NCBI GenBank assembly: GCA_034933245.1
Contig: JAYFNX010000013.1
Span: forward strand, 939-64,938
Origin: Candidatus Pelethousia sp.
GTDB taxonomy: Bacteria > Bacillota > Clostridia > Christensenellales > CAG-138
DNA length: 64,000 nucleotides
Direction: 5' to 3'
Below the pieces are notes generated by a model. It saw nothing but the letters and a program-made list of their open reading frames with translations, had not been told where the DNA came from and searched no databases. Shown here piece after piece: positions 43,928 through 52,784 of this stretch. The position numbers and the translations under genes were made by a program. Every line of letters begins with the position of its first letter. Within the stretch, counting starts at the first letter, position 1.

Positions 43928-45789
43928 ATGCTCACCCCATTCTGTTCAGCGAAATATATCCATCTTGGCCAGAATGGGTCAGTTTCCCCCAGTTCTTTGA
44001 GCAACATTTTGTGTGTTTCAATTATTTCGTTCCGATCTGGATTCTCCTGAAGTTGAATACGCTTGGCACGGTTTATAGCGTTTTCAGCTTCTTGGGCCCG
44101 TGCCTGCCCTAAACTAAAGATAGGCGATGTTAACCATGAATTAACGTGTCCATATTTAATGAAGTCCATGTCGGCTAATTCTGCTTCCCCTGTTTCCTTA
44201 TTTGCTGAAAGATGAAACAGTTTATCTGTTTCCGCATTAAAAAAAGTTTCAGCAGACGCCATCACTAAGGGAGAGTGGGTTGATATTAAGAATTGAATTT
44301 CCAGTTCGCTTGATAATATTGTTTGAATATCCAGTAATGCTGGCAAAATAGCCCTTTGCCATTTCGGATGCAAATGAGCTTCTATTTCGTCTATTAGAAT
44401 TACCATCCTCTTTTCGGGTTTTGTGTTTGTTAGCTCTGCACTTACTTTATGTTCGTACCAAGCCCACACAATCAAATACGCAAGTGTAACTATCCGTCTT
44501 ACACCAGCAGACGCATTTACGATTGGAATTTCACCATATGGATGAATAATTGTCGGTATATCCCGAGTATCGTCAATAATTCTGATAGGCTGCCCAGGAA
44601 GCAATTCGCCCATATCGGGAGGCGAAATGCGGCGAAGCACATTTTTGAGTATTTCAAAAGGATATTTTTCGGGCGTACTTTGCCATTTTACCCAGTCTCT
44701 TATTAATCCCTCAATACTTCCGGTAATACCATCCCAGACTTCACTACGTGAAAAGACAGATTTGCGTACAGCATTCGATACATTATATTGCTTTGCAGGG
44801 TCCCAAACTGCATATGAACCATCAACTCGTGCATAAACAATTAATCCTGGAATAGAAGGGGTTTTTTTCGTTCGAGGCCATTGACCAGTTTTCATATCAA
44901 ACACGACATCAACTTTGGATGGTGCACCTTTATCACTCGCAAGTTCGTAAGTAATTACGGACTTCTTTTTTTCTGCCTTTTTGTGTGGCTGCGCTGATAT
45001 ATCTGCCCATGTTCCAGTCAGTGCCCACCAAGCACATTCCATAAGAAATGACTTTCCAAGACCATTGTCGCCCGTGATAATATTCAATCTATTATTGGGC
45101 TCAATAGAAATATCTGCTGTTGGGCCAACATTTTGCAATTCTAAATATGAAAGGGTCGCCCCCCTATTTGGAGCGGCATCAGGTGGAGGCGTTATCTCCC
45201 TACTTAGGTCTACCCATGTAGTCTGTTTTTCTTGGAAGGGCTTCTTTATTGGATACCCTTGAACTTCAATAGAAAACAATCTGTTTTTCTCTTCCGGTGT
45301 GATATCAAACACACTTAGAAAATGCTGCGAAATAGTATCTAAGTCAATATTATCTGGCCATTCTTTATCTTTAAAAACCCAAATCGCCAGGTCAATAATT
45401 GAAAGGCGTTGTTTGTTCTTTAGTAATGCTTCCAGCACATCAATATAATTGTCTGTCCATCCCCACGTCTTTTCCTTTTTTACATGTAGAAATGCTTGAG
45501 AAAAAGTTTGGGTATTTATCGCTTGTAATCCAGAAGATGGGTACTTTTTATCAACCCATAACTTTTTCTTGGCATTTGATGCATATGGTTGATAATAATA
45601 CTGAGAAGAGGGACTTATTTTATGAACTTCCTCCAGAAAAGCTCTCGTATTGCTGTCCATAGGGAAGTCTACTTTCTTGCCAACCGGAAGATTATTTTTT
45701 TTGCAGGATAAGAATGTAATACCGTAAAACGGATGAACATTACTTAATCGTCTTATTGCGGTTAAGATATAGTCTGTTGATAAGTACAT
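43924..45789 (-). CDS. ABC/OLD-type (AAA_15/AAA_21-like) ATPase, PtuA-like, with unplaced ~215-aa N-terminal domain
   Basis: 621 aa. Motifs: Walker A ITGDNGLGKSFLMECAWWALTG, Walker B plus His VILIDEIEAHLHPKWQ, and LISTHSPLVMAS. Residues 1-215 carry no motif I recognise. Its ATG abuts the MTase stop with a 0-nt gap. Confidence 0.7.
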   Translation of the reverse strand: MYLSTDYILTAIRRLSNVHPFYGITFLSCKKNNLPVGKKVDFPMDSNTRAFLEEVHKISPSSQYYYQPYASNAKKKLWVDKKYPSSGLQAINTQTFSQAFLHVKKEKTWGWTDNYIDVLEALLKNKQRLSIIDLAIWVFKDKEWPDNIDLDTISQHFLSVFDITPEEKNRLFSIEVQGYPIKKPFQEKQTTWVDLSREITPPPDAAPNRGATLSYLELQNVGPTADISIEPNNRLNIITGDNGLGKSFLMECAWWALTGTWADISAQPHKKAEKKKSVITYELASDKGAPSKVDVVFDMKTGQWPRTKKTPSIPGLIVYARVDGSYAVWDPAKQYNVSNAVRKSVFSRSEVWDGITGSIEGLIRDWVKWQSTPEKYPFEILKNVLRRISPPDMGELLPGQPIRIIDDTRDIPTIIHPYGEIPIVNASAGVRRIVTLAYLIVWAWYEHKVSAELTNTKPEKRMVILIDEIEAHLHPKWQRAILPALLDIQTILSSELEIQFLISTHSPLVMASAETFFNAETDKLFHLSANKETGEAELADMDFIKYGHVNSWLTSPIFSLGQARAQEAENAINRAKRIQLQENPDRNEIIETHKMLLKELGETDPFWPRWIYFAEQNGVSI

Positions 45790-46659
45790 CTAAATTACCT
45801 GCAATTCGTTTAGTATATAGTTACAAAAATCGGGACTGAGGTCCACGCCAATTGCTTGTCGTCCTGTTTGCAGAGCTACTCGCATTGTTGTTCCGCTACC
45901 GGCAAAGGGATCAAATACAGCACCATCTTCTGGGCATCCAATTTCTAGACAGCGCTCTACTAGTTCATCGGGGTAAGGCGCAGTATCAATTCCGCCAGCT
46001 TTTGGTCTAGCAAGTATTGTCCAAACGTCTTCGTCAAATTTCTTATCGACAAGTGGTTGCCGATTAAAATAATATTTCCTGTCTTTTGCAAACATAAAAA
46101 CATACTCGTAACTACGGCGTGGCCTATCTCTCACAGATTCAGGCAACGCTTTTTCTCTATGCCATATTATTGGGGTGCGCAAAACCCATTTTCTTGCCAT
46201 CATTTCGATTGCAACTCTCCAAGGAACACCAATAATAGACTTCCGTTGAATATCTATTCCCAATCCACCACTCTTATCAACTGGCCTTAGGCCAAAGCGA
46301 CGTTTGTTGCTTTTGGGGTCAGTTCCATGCGATTTACCTTTACCTGAATAATAAGTATCCCCTAGATTTAGGAATAATAAGCCATCTTTTCTTAGTATTC
46401 TGTAGGCTTCATCCATTATGGTACAAAGGGAATTTATATATTCATCAACAGTTTCCTCAAGCCCAATCTGACCATCAATTTTATAGTCTCTTAAGCAATA
46501 ATAAGGTGGAGATGTAACAATGCAATTAACACTTTCATCGGGAATATCGGACATGGCAATTCGAGCGTCACCACAGTACAGTGCCCAGTTTTTATTTCCA
46601 GAGTATGTTCCTGTCCATTTTTTAACACCTGTATCTAGAACTAATTCAGCATTAATCAA
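45790..46659 (-). CDS. beta-class DNA methyltransferase (N4-cytosine/N6-adenine, PF01555-like; SPPY motif)
   Basis: 289 aa. Motif IV IVTSPPYYCLRDY precedes motif I FDPFAGSGTT, which is the beta permutation. The start is TTG 46659, 8 nt after GAGGGTG. Confidence 0.8.
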   Translation of the reverse strand: MINAELVLDTGVKKWTGTYSGNKNWALYCGDARIAMSDIPDESVNCIVTSPPYYCLRDYKIDGQIGLEETVDEYINSLCTIMDEAYRILRKDGLLFLNLGDTYYSGKGKSHGTDPKSNKRRFGLRPVDKSGGLGIDIQRKSIIGVPWRVAIEMMARKWVLRTPIIWHREKALPESVRDRPRRSYEYVFMFAKDRKYYFNRQPLVDKKFDEDVWTILARPKAGGIDTAPYPDELVERCLEIGCPEDGAVFDPFAGSGTTMRVALQTGRQAIGVDLSPDFCNYILNELQVI

Positions 46660-46674
46660 TTAATGTGCACCCTC

Positions 46675-46866
46675 TTAGCTATCGTTTTCATTATTTACCG
46701 GTTGATTTTTTCGTAAATCACTTGGCTTCTGTGCATTAAGCGGGATAGCCCAAACTCGACCGAACTTAATTGCGCCAGATATTCGCTCTTGAGTACACAA
46801 AAGCTGAATTCTTCGTTCGGATATTCCCCACTGGATTGCGGCTTCTTTAGGAGTCATATAATCCAT
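46675..46866 (-). CDS. small helix-turn-helix DNA-binding protein (possible controller/regulator of the island)
   Basis: Start at MDYMTPKEAAIQWGISERRIQLLCTQERISGAIKFGRVWAIP, an excisionase/MerR-like HTH pattern. It is the first gene of the AT-rich operon. Confidence 0.6.
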   Translation of the reverse strand: MDYMTPKEAAIQWGISERRIQLLCTQERISGAIKFGRVWAIPLNAQKPSDLRKNQPVNNENDS

Positions 46867-46900
46867 CGAAACATCTTCTTTCGCACAATTGGATAATAAC

Positions 46901-46929
46901 AGTATATACGTTCGAACGAATAAAAGCAA
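46901..46929 (-). promoter_or_regulatory. candidate promoter of the HTH-MTase-ATPase-HNH operon
   Basis: On the minus strand: TTGCTT (46929-46924), a 17-nt spacer, then TATACT (46906-46901). Confidence 0.45.
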
Positions 46930-46958
46930 TATAATCTTAATCATATAGGAGGTACACC

Positions 46959-47330
46959 ATGCGAACACCTACCAACTTCCTTATGCAAAAGGGCATCATT
47001 AAACCGTCTGGCGAGATCAATAAGGACAAGATAAACCTTGTCGCCGGAGCTGTTACGCAGCCGTTCGCTGAAATGGTATGGGTGACGACGGGCGGCGACA
47101 TGGTCACCATCAACCGCCTGACGGACGTTCTCGTTACGATGAATACCCCGACAGACCGTGACAAGCTGTTTCGCATTATTCAAATGCTCTACGGGCTTAT
47201 GGGCCTGCGCTTCTCCGAGGAAGCCGCGCCGATGGGCGCACACCCGGAGGCGCTTGACTACTTTCTGTTCTCGTTCACGGCAGACTTCGGGGAAATTATT
47301 CATGATTACATAGCGGAAAAGGATAGATAA
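46959..47330 (+). CDS. conserved ICE-end protein of unknown function (paralog 2 of 3)
   Basis: 123 aa, with an AGGAGG RBS at 46946. It is near-identical to 32281-32631. Confidence 0.55.
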   Translation: MRTPTNFLMQKGIIKPSGEINKDKINLVAGAVTQPFAEMVWVTTGGDMVTINRLTDVLVTMNTPTDRDKLFRIIQMLYGLMGLRFSEEAAPMGAHPEALDYFLFSFTADFGEIIHDYIAEKDR

Positions 47331-47353
47331 AGTGCAAGGGAGCAATATTTTAC

Positions 47354-47557
47354 TTAATCCTTCTTGATTTCACCCGGTTTGAATTTACCACTTTCGATAT
47401 CGCGTTTCATTGCTTCATAAAAGATTTTTGCAAGAGGCTCAATAACTTGTTTTTTGTATTCGTCATCGGTAATTTCAACATATTCTAATACTCGACTCTC
47501 ACCAGTATGTAAGTCACATTCGACTACTGAGGGAAGCACATGGGTTTTCTTTTTCAT
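47354..47557 (-). CDS. small hypothetical ICE protein
   Basis: 67 aa. Its C-terminal 28 aa recur as the foreign tail of the truncated T4CP at 32655-32740. Confidence 0.35.
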   Translation of the reverse strand: MKKKTHVLPSVVECDLHTGESRVLEYVEITDDEYKKQVIEPLAKIFYEAMKRDIESGKFKPGEIKKD

Positions 47558-47675
47558 ATGTATTCCTTCCTGCTCCCTTGCAAATCCAGTCTATCACAAG
47601 GTGCAGCATAAGCGGCGTTCTCAAAAAGGACGCCGCTTTTTTTGCGCCCATTTTCGGGAAAGGAGGGTACGCGAT

Positions 47676-48272
47676 ATGTATTTTACTTCCGGCAGCAGCC
47701 GCGCATTTGAAAGCCTTATGCAAGGAAAACCCGGCTTCGACCACTACGACAGCGGCAGCGCCGGAGTATATGAGGATTGCGGCGCTTGCCGCTTCTATCG
47801 CCCGCATTGGAAATACCAGTTTTGCGTTTACGAGGAATGTCCATATATGCCGGGCAGACCGACCGCGTTACCTGCGGTCAAATCCACAGCGAAAGGAGTT
47901 GATGACGAAATCGCCGTTTTCCGCGTGGAAAAGAACAAAGGCTATACCGTAATGAGTAACCACCACCTGCGAAACGATGAATTGACCCTAAAGGCTAAAG
48001 GGCTGCTATCGCAAATGCTGTCCTTACCGGAGAATTGGGACTACACCCTGAAAGGGCTGGCCCTTATCAACCGGGAGCAGATCGACGCCATACGCGAGGC
48101 CGTCCGGGAGCTGGAACGCGCAGGGTACATCGTGCGTTCCCGTGAGCGCGACGGCAAAGGCAGGCTGCGCGGCGCAGACTATATCATTTACGAGCAGCCG
48201 CAAAAACAGCAGCTAACCGCCGCCCCGCCTATATCGGATTTACCTACATTGGAAAATCCAACGCAGGATTAG
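47676..48272 (+). CDS. Cys-rich VLP-like + HTH protein (N-terminal part of a split replication/regulatory gene)
   Basis: ATG 47676 follows AGGAGGG. The Cys-rich segment is YEDCGACRFYRPHWKYQFCVYEECPY. The winged-helix-like segment is GYTVMSNHHLRNDELTLKAKGLLSQMLSLPENWDYT. It ends at TAG 48270, in frame with the next ORF. Confidence 0.6.
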   Translation: MYFTSGSSRAFESLMQGKPGFDHYDSGSAGVYEDCGACRFYRPHWKYQFCVYEECPYMPGRPTALPAVKSTAKGVDDEIAVFRVEKNKGYTVMSNHHLRNDELTLKAKGLLSQMLSLPENWDYTLKGLALINREQIDAIREAVRELERAGYIVRSRERDGKGRLRGADYIIYEQPQKQQLTAAPPISDLPTLENPTQD

Positions 48273-48278
48273 CCTGCA

Positions 48279-48875
48279 TTGGGAAACCCTACGCAGGAAA
48301 ATCCAACGCAATTAATTAAAGAAGAACAAATAACCGACTTATCAAGTACCCAAAAAATCAATACGGATGTATCAAGTACCCATTCCATTCCTATCCTTTC
48401 CCGGCCCCTTCCAAGCGTCCGGGAGGAATTACGCGCTGCCCGGGAAAGGAACGGAACGGAAAAGAGCGACAGCGCAAAAAAGGCTTTTGAGATTTACCGG
48501 GACATCATCAAAGAGAACATCGAGTATGACATTCTTATTCAAGACCCACACACAGACCGGGAGCAGCTTGACGAGATCGTTGACCTGATGCTTGAAACCA
48601 TATGCAGCGCCCGCAAGACAATCCGTGTCGCCGGGGATGACTACCCCGCTGAGATCGTCAAATCCAAGTTCCTGAAGCTGGACAGTATGCACATTCAGTT
48701 TGTTTTCGACTGTCTGCGGGAAAACACGACCAAGATACGCAACATCAAGAAATATCTGCTGGCCGTGCTGTTCAACGCGCCGTCCACGATCAACGGCTAC
48801 TATACCGCGCTTGTCAATCACGATATGGCAAACGGCTTACTCTCTCCCAAGTCCGACGAACCGGAAGGCCGATAA
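48279..48875 (+). CDS. DUF6017-like C-terminal part of the same split gene
   Basis: Same reading frame as 47676-48272, separated only by TAG plus two codons. It begins in NPTQ repeats. The C-terminal domain pattern (IEYDILIQD...IRVAGDDYPAEIVKSKF) matches my recollection of DUF6017. Confidence 0.55.
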   Translation: MGNPTQENPTQLIKEEQITDLSSTQKINTDVSSTHSIPILSRPLPSVREELRAARERNGTEKSDSAKKAFEIYRDIIKENIEYDILIQDPHTDREQLDEIVDLMLETICSARKTIRVAGDDYPAEIVKSKFLKLDSMHIQFVFDCLRENTTKIRNIKKYLLAVLFNAPSTINGYYTALVNHDMANGLLSPKSDEPEGR

Positions 48876-48888
48876 GGGGGTGAGCTGA

Positions 48889-49365
48889 TTGCAGGAAGAA
48901 GTCACCCAAAAGACGATTGCCCTTTCCATCAGGACGGGCAGGCTAACCGGGCGGGTGCTGCAAGCCGCTTTGCGGGAATTTTTGCAGATGTACCGTAAAA
49001 AGCGGGATACGCCCCACAAGGGCAAACAGACCCTACGGCAGCTTATGAAGCACAACACGGGCGTTTCAAACATCGAAATTACCGACCAAAACATCAAGGC
49101 TTTTTCCCATACGGCGAAGAAATACGGCATCGACTTTTCGCTAAAAAAGGACACGACGGCACAACCGCCCCGTTACCTTGTGTTTTTCAAAGGGCGGGAC
49201 GTGGACGTGCTACAACAGGCGTTCCGGGAATTTACCGCCAAGAAGCTGATGCAGGAGCAGAAGAAATCCGTCCGGCGTGATTTGTCGCAGGCCAAGCAAG
49301 AGGCAAAGACCATCGACACCGCCCGCGATAAGGTGAGGAGCATGGACAGGGGGCGCGAACTATGA
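48889..49365 (+). CDS. PcfB-family (DUF3801) protein
   Basis: 158 aa with KGKQTLRQLMKH..VSNIEITDQNIKAFSHTAKKYGIDFSLKKD. It sits immediately before the T4CP gene. Confidence 0.7.
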   Translation: MQEEVTQKTIALSIRTGRLTGRVLQAALREFLQMYRKKRDTPHKGKQTLRQLMKHNTGVSNIEITDQNIKAFSHTAKKYGIDFSLKKDTTAQPPRYLVFFKGRDVDVLQQAFREFTAKKLMQEQKKSVRRDLSQAKQEAKTIDTARDKVRSMDRGREL

Positions 49366-51155
49366 GGCCGGACATCAAGAAGCTGATTATTGCGAACGTC
49401 CCGTATTTGCTGTTCGTGTACCTCTTTGACAAGGTGGGACAGGCATACCGCCTCGCGGCAGGCGCGGCCTTTGCCGACAAGCTGCTGCACATCCTCGACG
49501 GCTTCATGGCCACCTTTGAAAATGCAGCGCCGAGTTTCCACTGGTTCGACCTCGGCATCGGCGTCGCGGGCGCGGCGCTTATCCGCCTGGCGGTGTACGT
49601 GAAAAGCCACAACGCCAAGAAGTACCGAAAGAACATTGAATACGGCTCTGCTCGATGGGGTACGGCGGCAGACATCAAGCCTTACATCGACCCCGTGTTT
49701 GAAAACAATGTCCTGCTCACGCAGACGGAACGCCTGACGATGGACAGCCGCCCAAAGCAGCCCAAGTACGCGAGGAATAAGAACGTGCTGGTGATCGGCG
49801 GCAGCGGCAGCGGCAAAACCCGCTTTTTCGTCAAGCCGAACCTCATGCAGATGCACAGCAGCTACGTCGTCACCGACCCGAAGGGAAGTATCCTGACCGA
49901 GTGCGGACGGCTCCTGTATCAAAAGGGCGGCTACCGTATCAAGGTGCTGAATACCATCAATTTCAGCAAAAGCATGAGATATAACCCTTTCGTCTACATC
50001 CACAGTGAAAAAGACATATTGAAGCTGGTCAACACCATCATAGCCAACACCAAGGGAGAGGGCGAAAAATCCGCAGAAGATTTCTGGGTTAAGGCAGAAC
50101 GCCTATACTATACGGCGCTGATCGGCTATATCTGGTACGAAGCGCCGGAGGATGAGATGAACTTTACGACGCTGCTTGACATGATAAATGCCAGCGAAGC
50201 GCGAGAGGACGACGAGGATTTCAAGAACCCCGTCGATCTCATGTTTGACCGTCTGGAAGCCCGCGACCCGGAGCATTTTGCTTTGAAGCAATACCGCAAA
50301 TATAAATTGGCGGCGGGCAAAACAGCCAAGAGTATTCTTATTTCCTGTGGCGCTCGCCTTGCACCCTTTGATATTGCGGAGGTGTGCGAGCTGATGGATA
50401 CCGACGAAATGGAGCTGGACACCATAGGCGACCGAAAAACCGCCCTGTTCGTCATTATCAGCGACACCGACGACACGTTTAATTTCATCGTCGCCATCCT
50501 CTATACACAGCTATTCAACCTGCTCTGCGACCGCGCCGATGATGTGTACGGCGGGCGCTTGCCCGTCCACGTCCGATGTCTGCTTGACGAATTTGCGAAC
50601 ATCGGCAGCATCCCAAAGTTTGAAAAGCTGATCGCCACCATCCGAAGCCGGGAAATCTCGGCTTCTATTATTTTGCAAAGTCAATCGCAGTTAAAAAGCA
50701 TTTACAAAGACGCCGCCGATATTATCAGCGACAACTGCGACTGTACTTTATTTTTGAGCGGCAGGGGCAAGAACGCAAAGGAAATCTCGGAGGCGTTAGG
50801 CAAGGAAACCATCGACAGCTATAACACTTCCGAGAACCGGGGACGCGAAGTGTCCCACGGACTGAACTATCAGAAATTAGGAAAGGAGCTGATGACACAG
50901 GACGAAATCGCCGTGATGGACGGCGGCAAGTGTATTTTGCAGGTGCGCGGGGTAAGGCCGTTTTTCTCCGACAAATACGACATTACCCGTCACCCCAATT
51001 ACAAATACCTTTCCGACGCCGATAAAAAGAACGCCTTTGATACGGGACGCTATCTTGCTTTCATCCGCAAAACAAAGCAGCGAGCAATCGTAAAGCCGGA
51101 TGAAGTGTTCGACTACTACGAAATAGACCTGTCCGACGAGGACGCCGCCGAATAA
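49362..51155 (+). CDS. VirD4/TraG-type type IV coupling protein (full length)
   Basis: 597 aa with N-terminal TM segments, Walker A VLVIGGSGSGKTRFFVKPN and Walker B region LLDEFANIG. Confidence 0.85.
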   Translation: MRPDIKKLIIANVPYLLFVYLFDKVGQAYRLAAGAAFADKLLHILDGFMATFENAAPSFHWFDLGIGVAGAALIRLAVYVKSHNAKKYRKNIEYGSARWGTAADIKPYIDPVFENNVLLTQTERLTMDSRPKQPKYARNKNVLVIGGSGSGKTRFFVKPNLMQMHSSYVVTDPKGSILTECGRLLYQKGGYRIKVLNTINFSKSMRYNPFVYIHSEKDILKLVNTIIANTKGEGEKSAEDFWVKAERLYYTALIGYIWYEAPEDEMNFTTLLDMINASEAREDDEDFKNPVDLMFDRLEARDPEHFALKQYRKYKLAAGKTAKSILISCGARLAPFDIAEVCELMDTDEMELDTIGDRKTALFVIISDTDDTFNFIVAILYTQLFNLLCDRADDVYGGRLPVHVRCLLDEFANIGSIPKFEKLIATIRSREISASIILQSQSQLKSIYKDAADIISDNCDCTLFLSGRGKNAKEISEALGKETIDSYNTSENRGREVSHGLNYQKLGKELMTQDEIAVMDGGKCILQVRGVRPFFSDKYDITRHPNYKYLSDADKKNAFDTGRYLAFIRKTKQRAIVKPDEVFDYYEIDLSDEDAAE

Positions 51156-51210
51156 AGGGCGGCGTTTTTCCTTTCCACCACAAAACACTTATCTTAATGG
51201 AGGTATAAAA

Positions 51211-51426
51211 ATGGATTTTTTCAATAGTGCAGTTGACGTTTTGCAGACCCTTGTGATCGCCCTCGGCGCGGGCCTGTGCATTTGGGGCGCTATCAACCTT
51301 TTAGAGGGCTACGGCCAGGATAACCCCGGCGCGAAAAGCCAGGGCATGAAACAGCTCATGGCGGGCGGCGGTGTTGCCTTGATCGGCATTGTCCTCGTCC
51401 CTCTGCTCTCCGGCCTTTTCGGTTGA
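51211..51426 (+). CDS. Maff2-family small membrane protein
   Basis: 71 aa with two hydrophobic segments and the GQDNPGAKSQGMKQLMAGG pattern (recollection of Maff2). A 12-bp-stem hairpin follows at 51444-51474. Confidence 0.65.
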   Translation: MDFFNSAVDVLQTLVIALGAGLCIWGAINLLEGYGQDNPGAKSQGMKQLMAGGGVALIGIVLVPLLSGLFG

Positions 51427-51493
51427 TTTCTTATAAACCCTTTCGCGCTCTCCCGTCCCGTGCGGGAGAGCGCGGGAAAGGAGGGATTAACGT

Positions 51494-52357
51494 TTGATAT
51501 GGGATCAAATCGAAGAATGGATCAGGAACGTATTGACGGAGGGCATTATCAGCAACCTTTCGGGGATGTTCGATACCGTGAATACCAAAGTCGGGGAAAT
51601 CGCCGGTGAAGTCGGTGCGACGCCACAGGGCTGGAACTCCGGCATCTTCTCCATGATACAAAACCTTTCCGAAACGGTCATTATCCCGATTGCCGGGGCT
51701 ATCCTTGCTTTCGTGATGTGCTATGAGCTTATCCAGATGGTGACGGAAAAGAACAACATGCACGACATCGACACGTTTATGTTCTTCAAGTGGGTGTTTA
51801 AGACGTTTGCCGCCGTGCTGATCGTCACGAACACATGGAATATCGTCATGGGCATATTCGACATGGCACAGCAAGTCGTCAATCAGAGCGCGGGCGTTAT
51901 CATATCGGAAACGAGCATAGACATCACTTCCACCATAGCCGACCTTGAAACGCAACTTGAAGAATTAAGCATCGGCGGGCTGTTGGGGCTGTGGTTTCAA
52001 AGCCTGTTCGTCGGCCTCACCATGAATATCCTGTCCATTTGTATCATGCTCGTCATATACGGGCGTATGATTGAAATTTACCTTGTGACCTCTCTCGGCC
52101 CGATACCCCTTGCGACAATGGCAAATAGCGAATGGCGCGGCATGGGGCAGAACTATTTGAAATCCCTGCTGGCCCTCGGCTTCCAAGCCTTTTTGATTAT
52201 GGTATGCGTCGGTATTTATGCCGTCCTGATCCAAGGCATTACAGTCACCGGCGACATTTCCGGCGCGATATGGACGTGCATGGGGTATACGGTGTTGCTG
52301 TGTTTCGCGCTCTTTAAGACCGGCAGCATTTCAAAATCCGTGTTCAACGCCCACTAA
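51494..52357 (+). CDS. VirB6/TrbL-like polytopic T4SS membrane protein
   Basis: 287 aa with multiple TM segments. Its position after Maff2 and before PrgI/VirB4 fits. It uses a TTG start after GGAAAGGAGGG. Confidence 0.7.
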   Translation: MIWDQIEEWIRNVLTEGIISNLSGMFDTVNTKVGEIAGEVGATPQGWNSGIFSMIQNLSETVIIPIAGAILAFVMCYELIQMVTEKNNMHDIDTFMFFKWVFKTFAAVLIVTNTWNIVMGIFDMAQQVVNQSAGVIISETSIDITSTIADLETQLEELSIGGLLGLWFQSLFVGLTMNILSICIMLVIYGRMIEIYLVTSLGPIPLATMANSEWRGMGQNYLKSLLALGFQAFLIMVCVGIYAVLIQGITVTGDISGAIWTCMGYTVLLCFALFKTGSISKSVFNAH

Positions 52358-52379
52358 GCGAAAGGAGGACAACTATTCT

Positions 52380-52784
52380 ATGGCCTATGTAAGCGTACCA
52401 AAGGACTTGACGCGGGTTAAGTCCAAGGTGCTTTTTAATCTGACAAAGCGGCAATTGCTTTGCTTCGGGGCGGCGCTTCTCGTGGGAGTGCCGCTGTTCT
52501 TTTTGCTCCGAGACAGCACCGGCACCAGCACGGCGGCGCTCGTTATGATACTCGCCATGCTTCCGGGTTTTCTGCTGGCGCTGTATGAAAAGCACGGACA
52601 GCCCCTTGAAGTGATCGCCGGGCAGATGATACAGACCCTTTTCATCCGGCCAAAAGAGCGGCCTTATCAGACCAACAACCTTTACGCCGCCCTCATGCGG
52701 CAAAATCTCATGGAACAGGAGGTAAAAGCGATTGTCCAAAACGGTAAAGCAGCCAAAAGAAAAAAGAAAGCTGATACGCGCTGA
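52380..52784 (+). CDS. PrgI-family (VirB3-like) protein
   Basis: 134 aa. The N-terminus VPKDLTRVKSKVLFNLTKRQL is followed by two TM segments. It overlaps the virB4 start. Confidence 0.6.
   Translation: MAYVSVPKDLTRVKSKVLFNLTKRQLLCFGAALLVGVPLFFLLRDSTGTSTAALVMILAMLPGFLLALYEKHGQPLEVIAGQMIQTLFIRPKERPYQTNNLYAALMRQNLMEQEVKAIVQNGKAAKRKKKADTR

Noticed and set aside
48270-48272. The in-frame TAG read as pyrrolysine or programmed readthrough.
   Set aside because: No pyl genes or PYLIS-like context are visible in the window. A nonsense mutation or an assembly error in a tandem repeat is the simpler explanation. It is kept only as a low-probability alternative in the corresponding finding.
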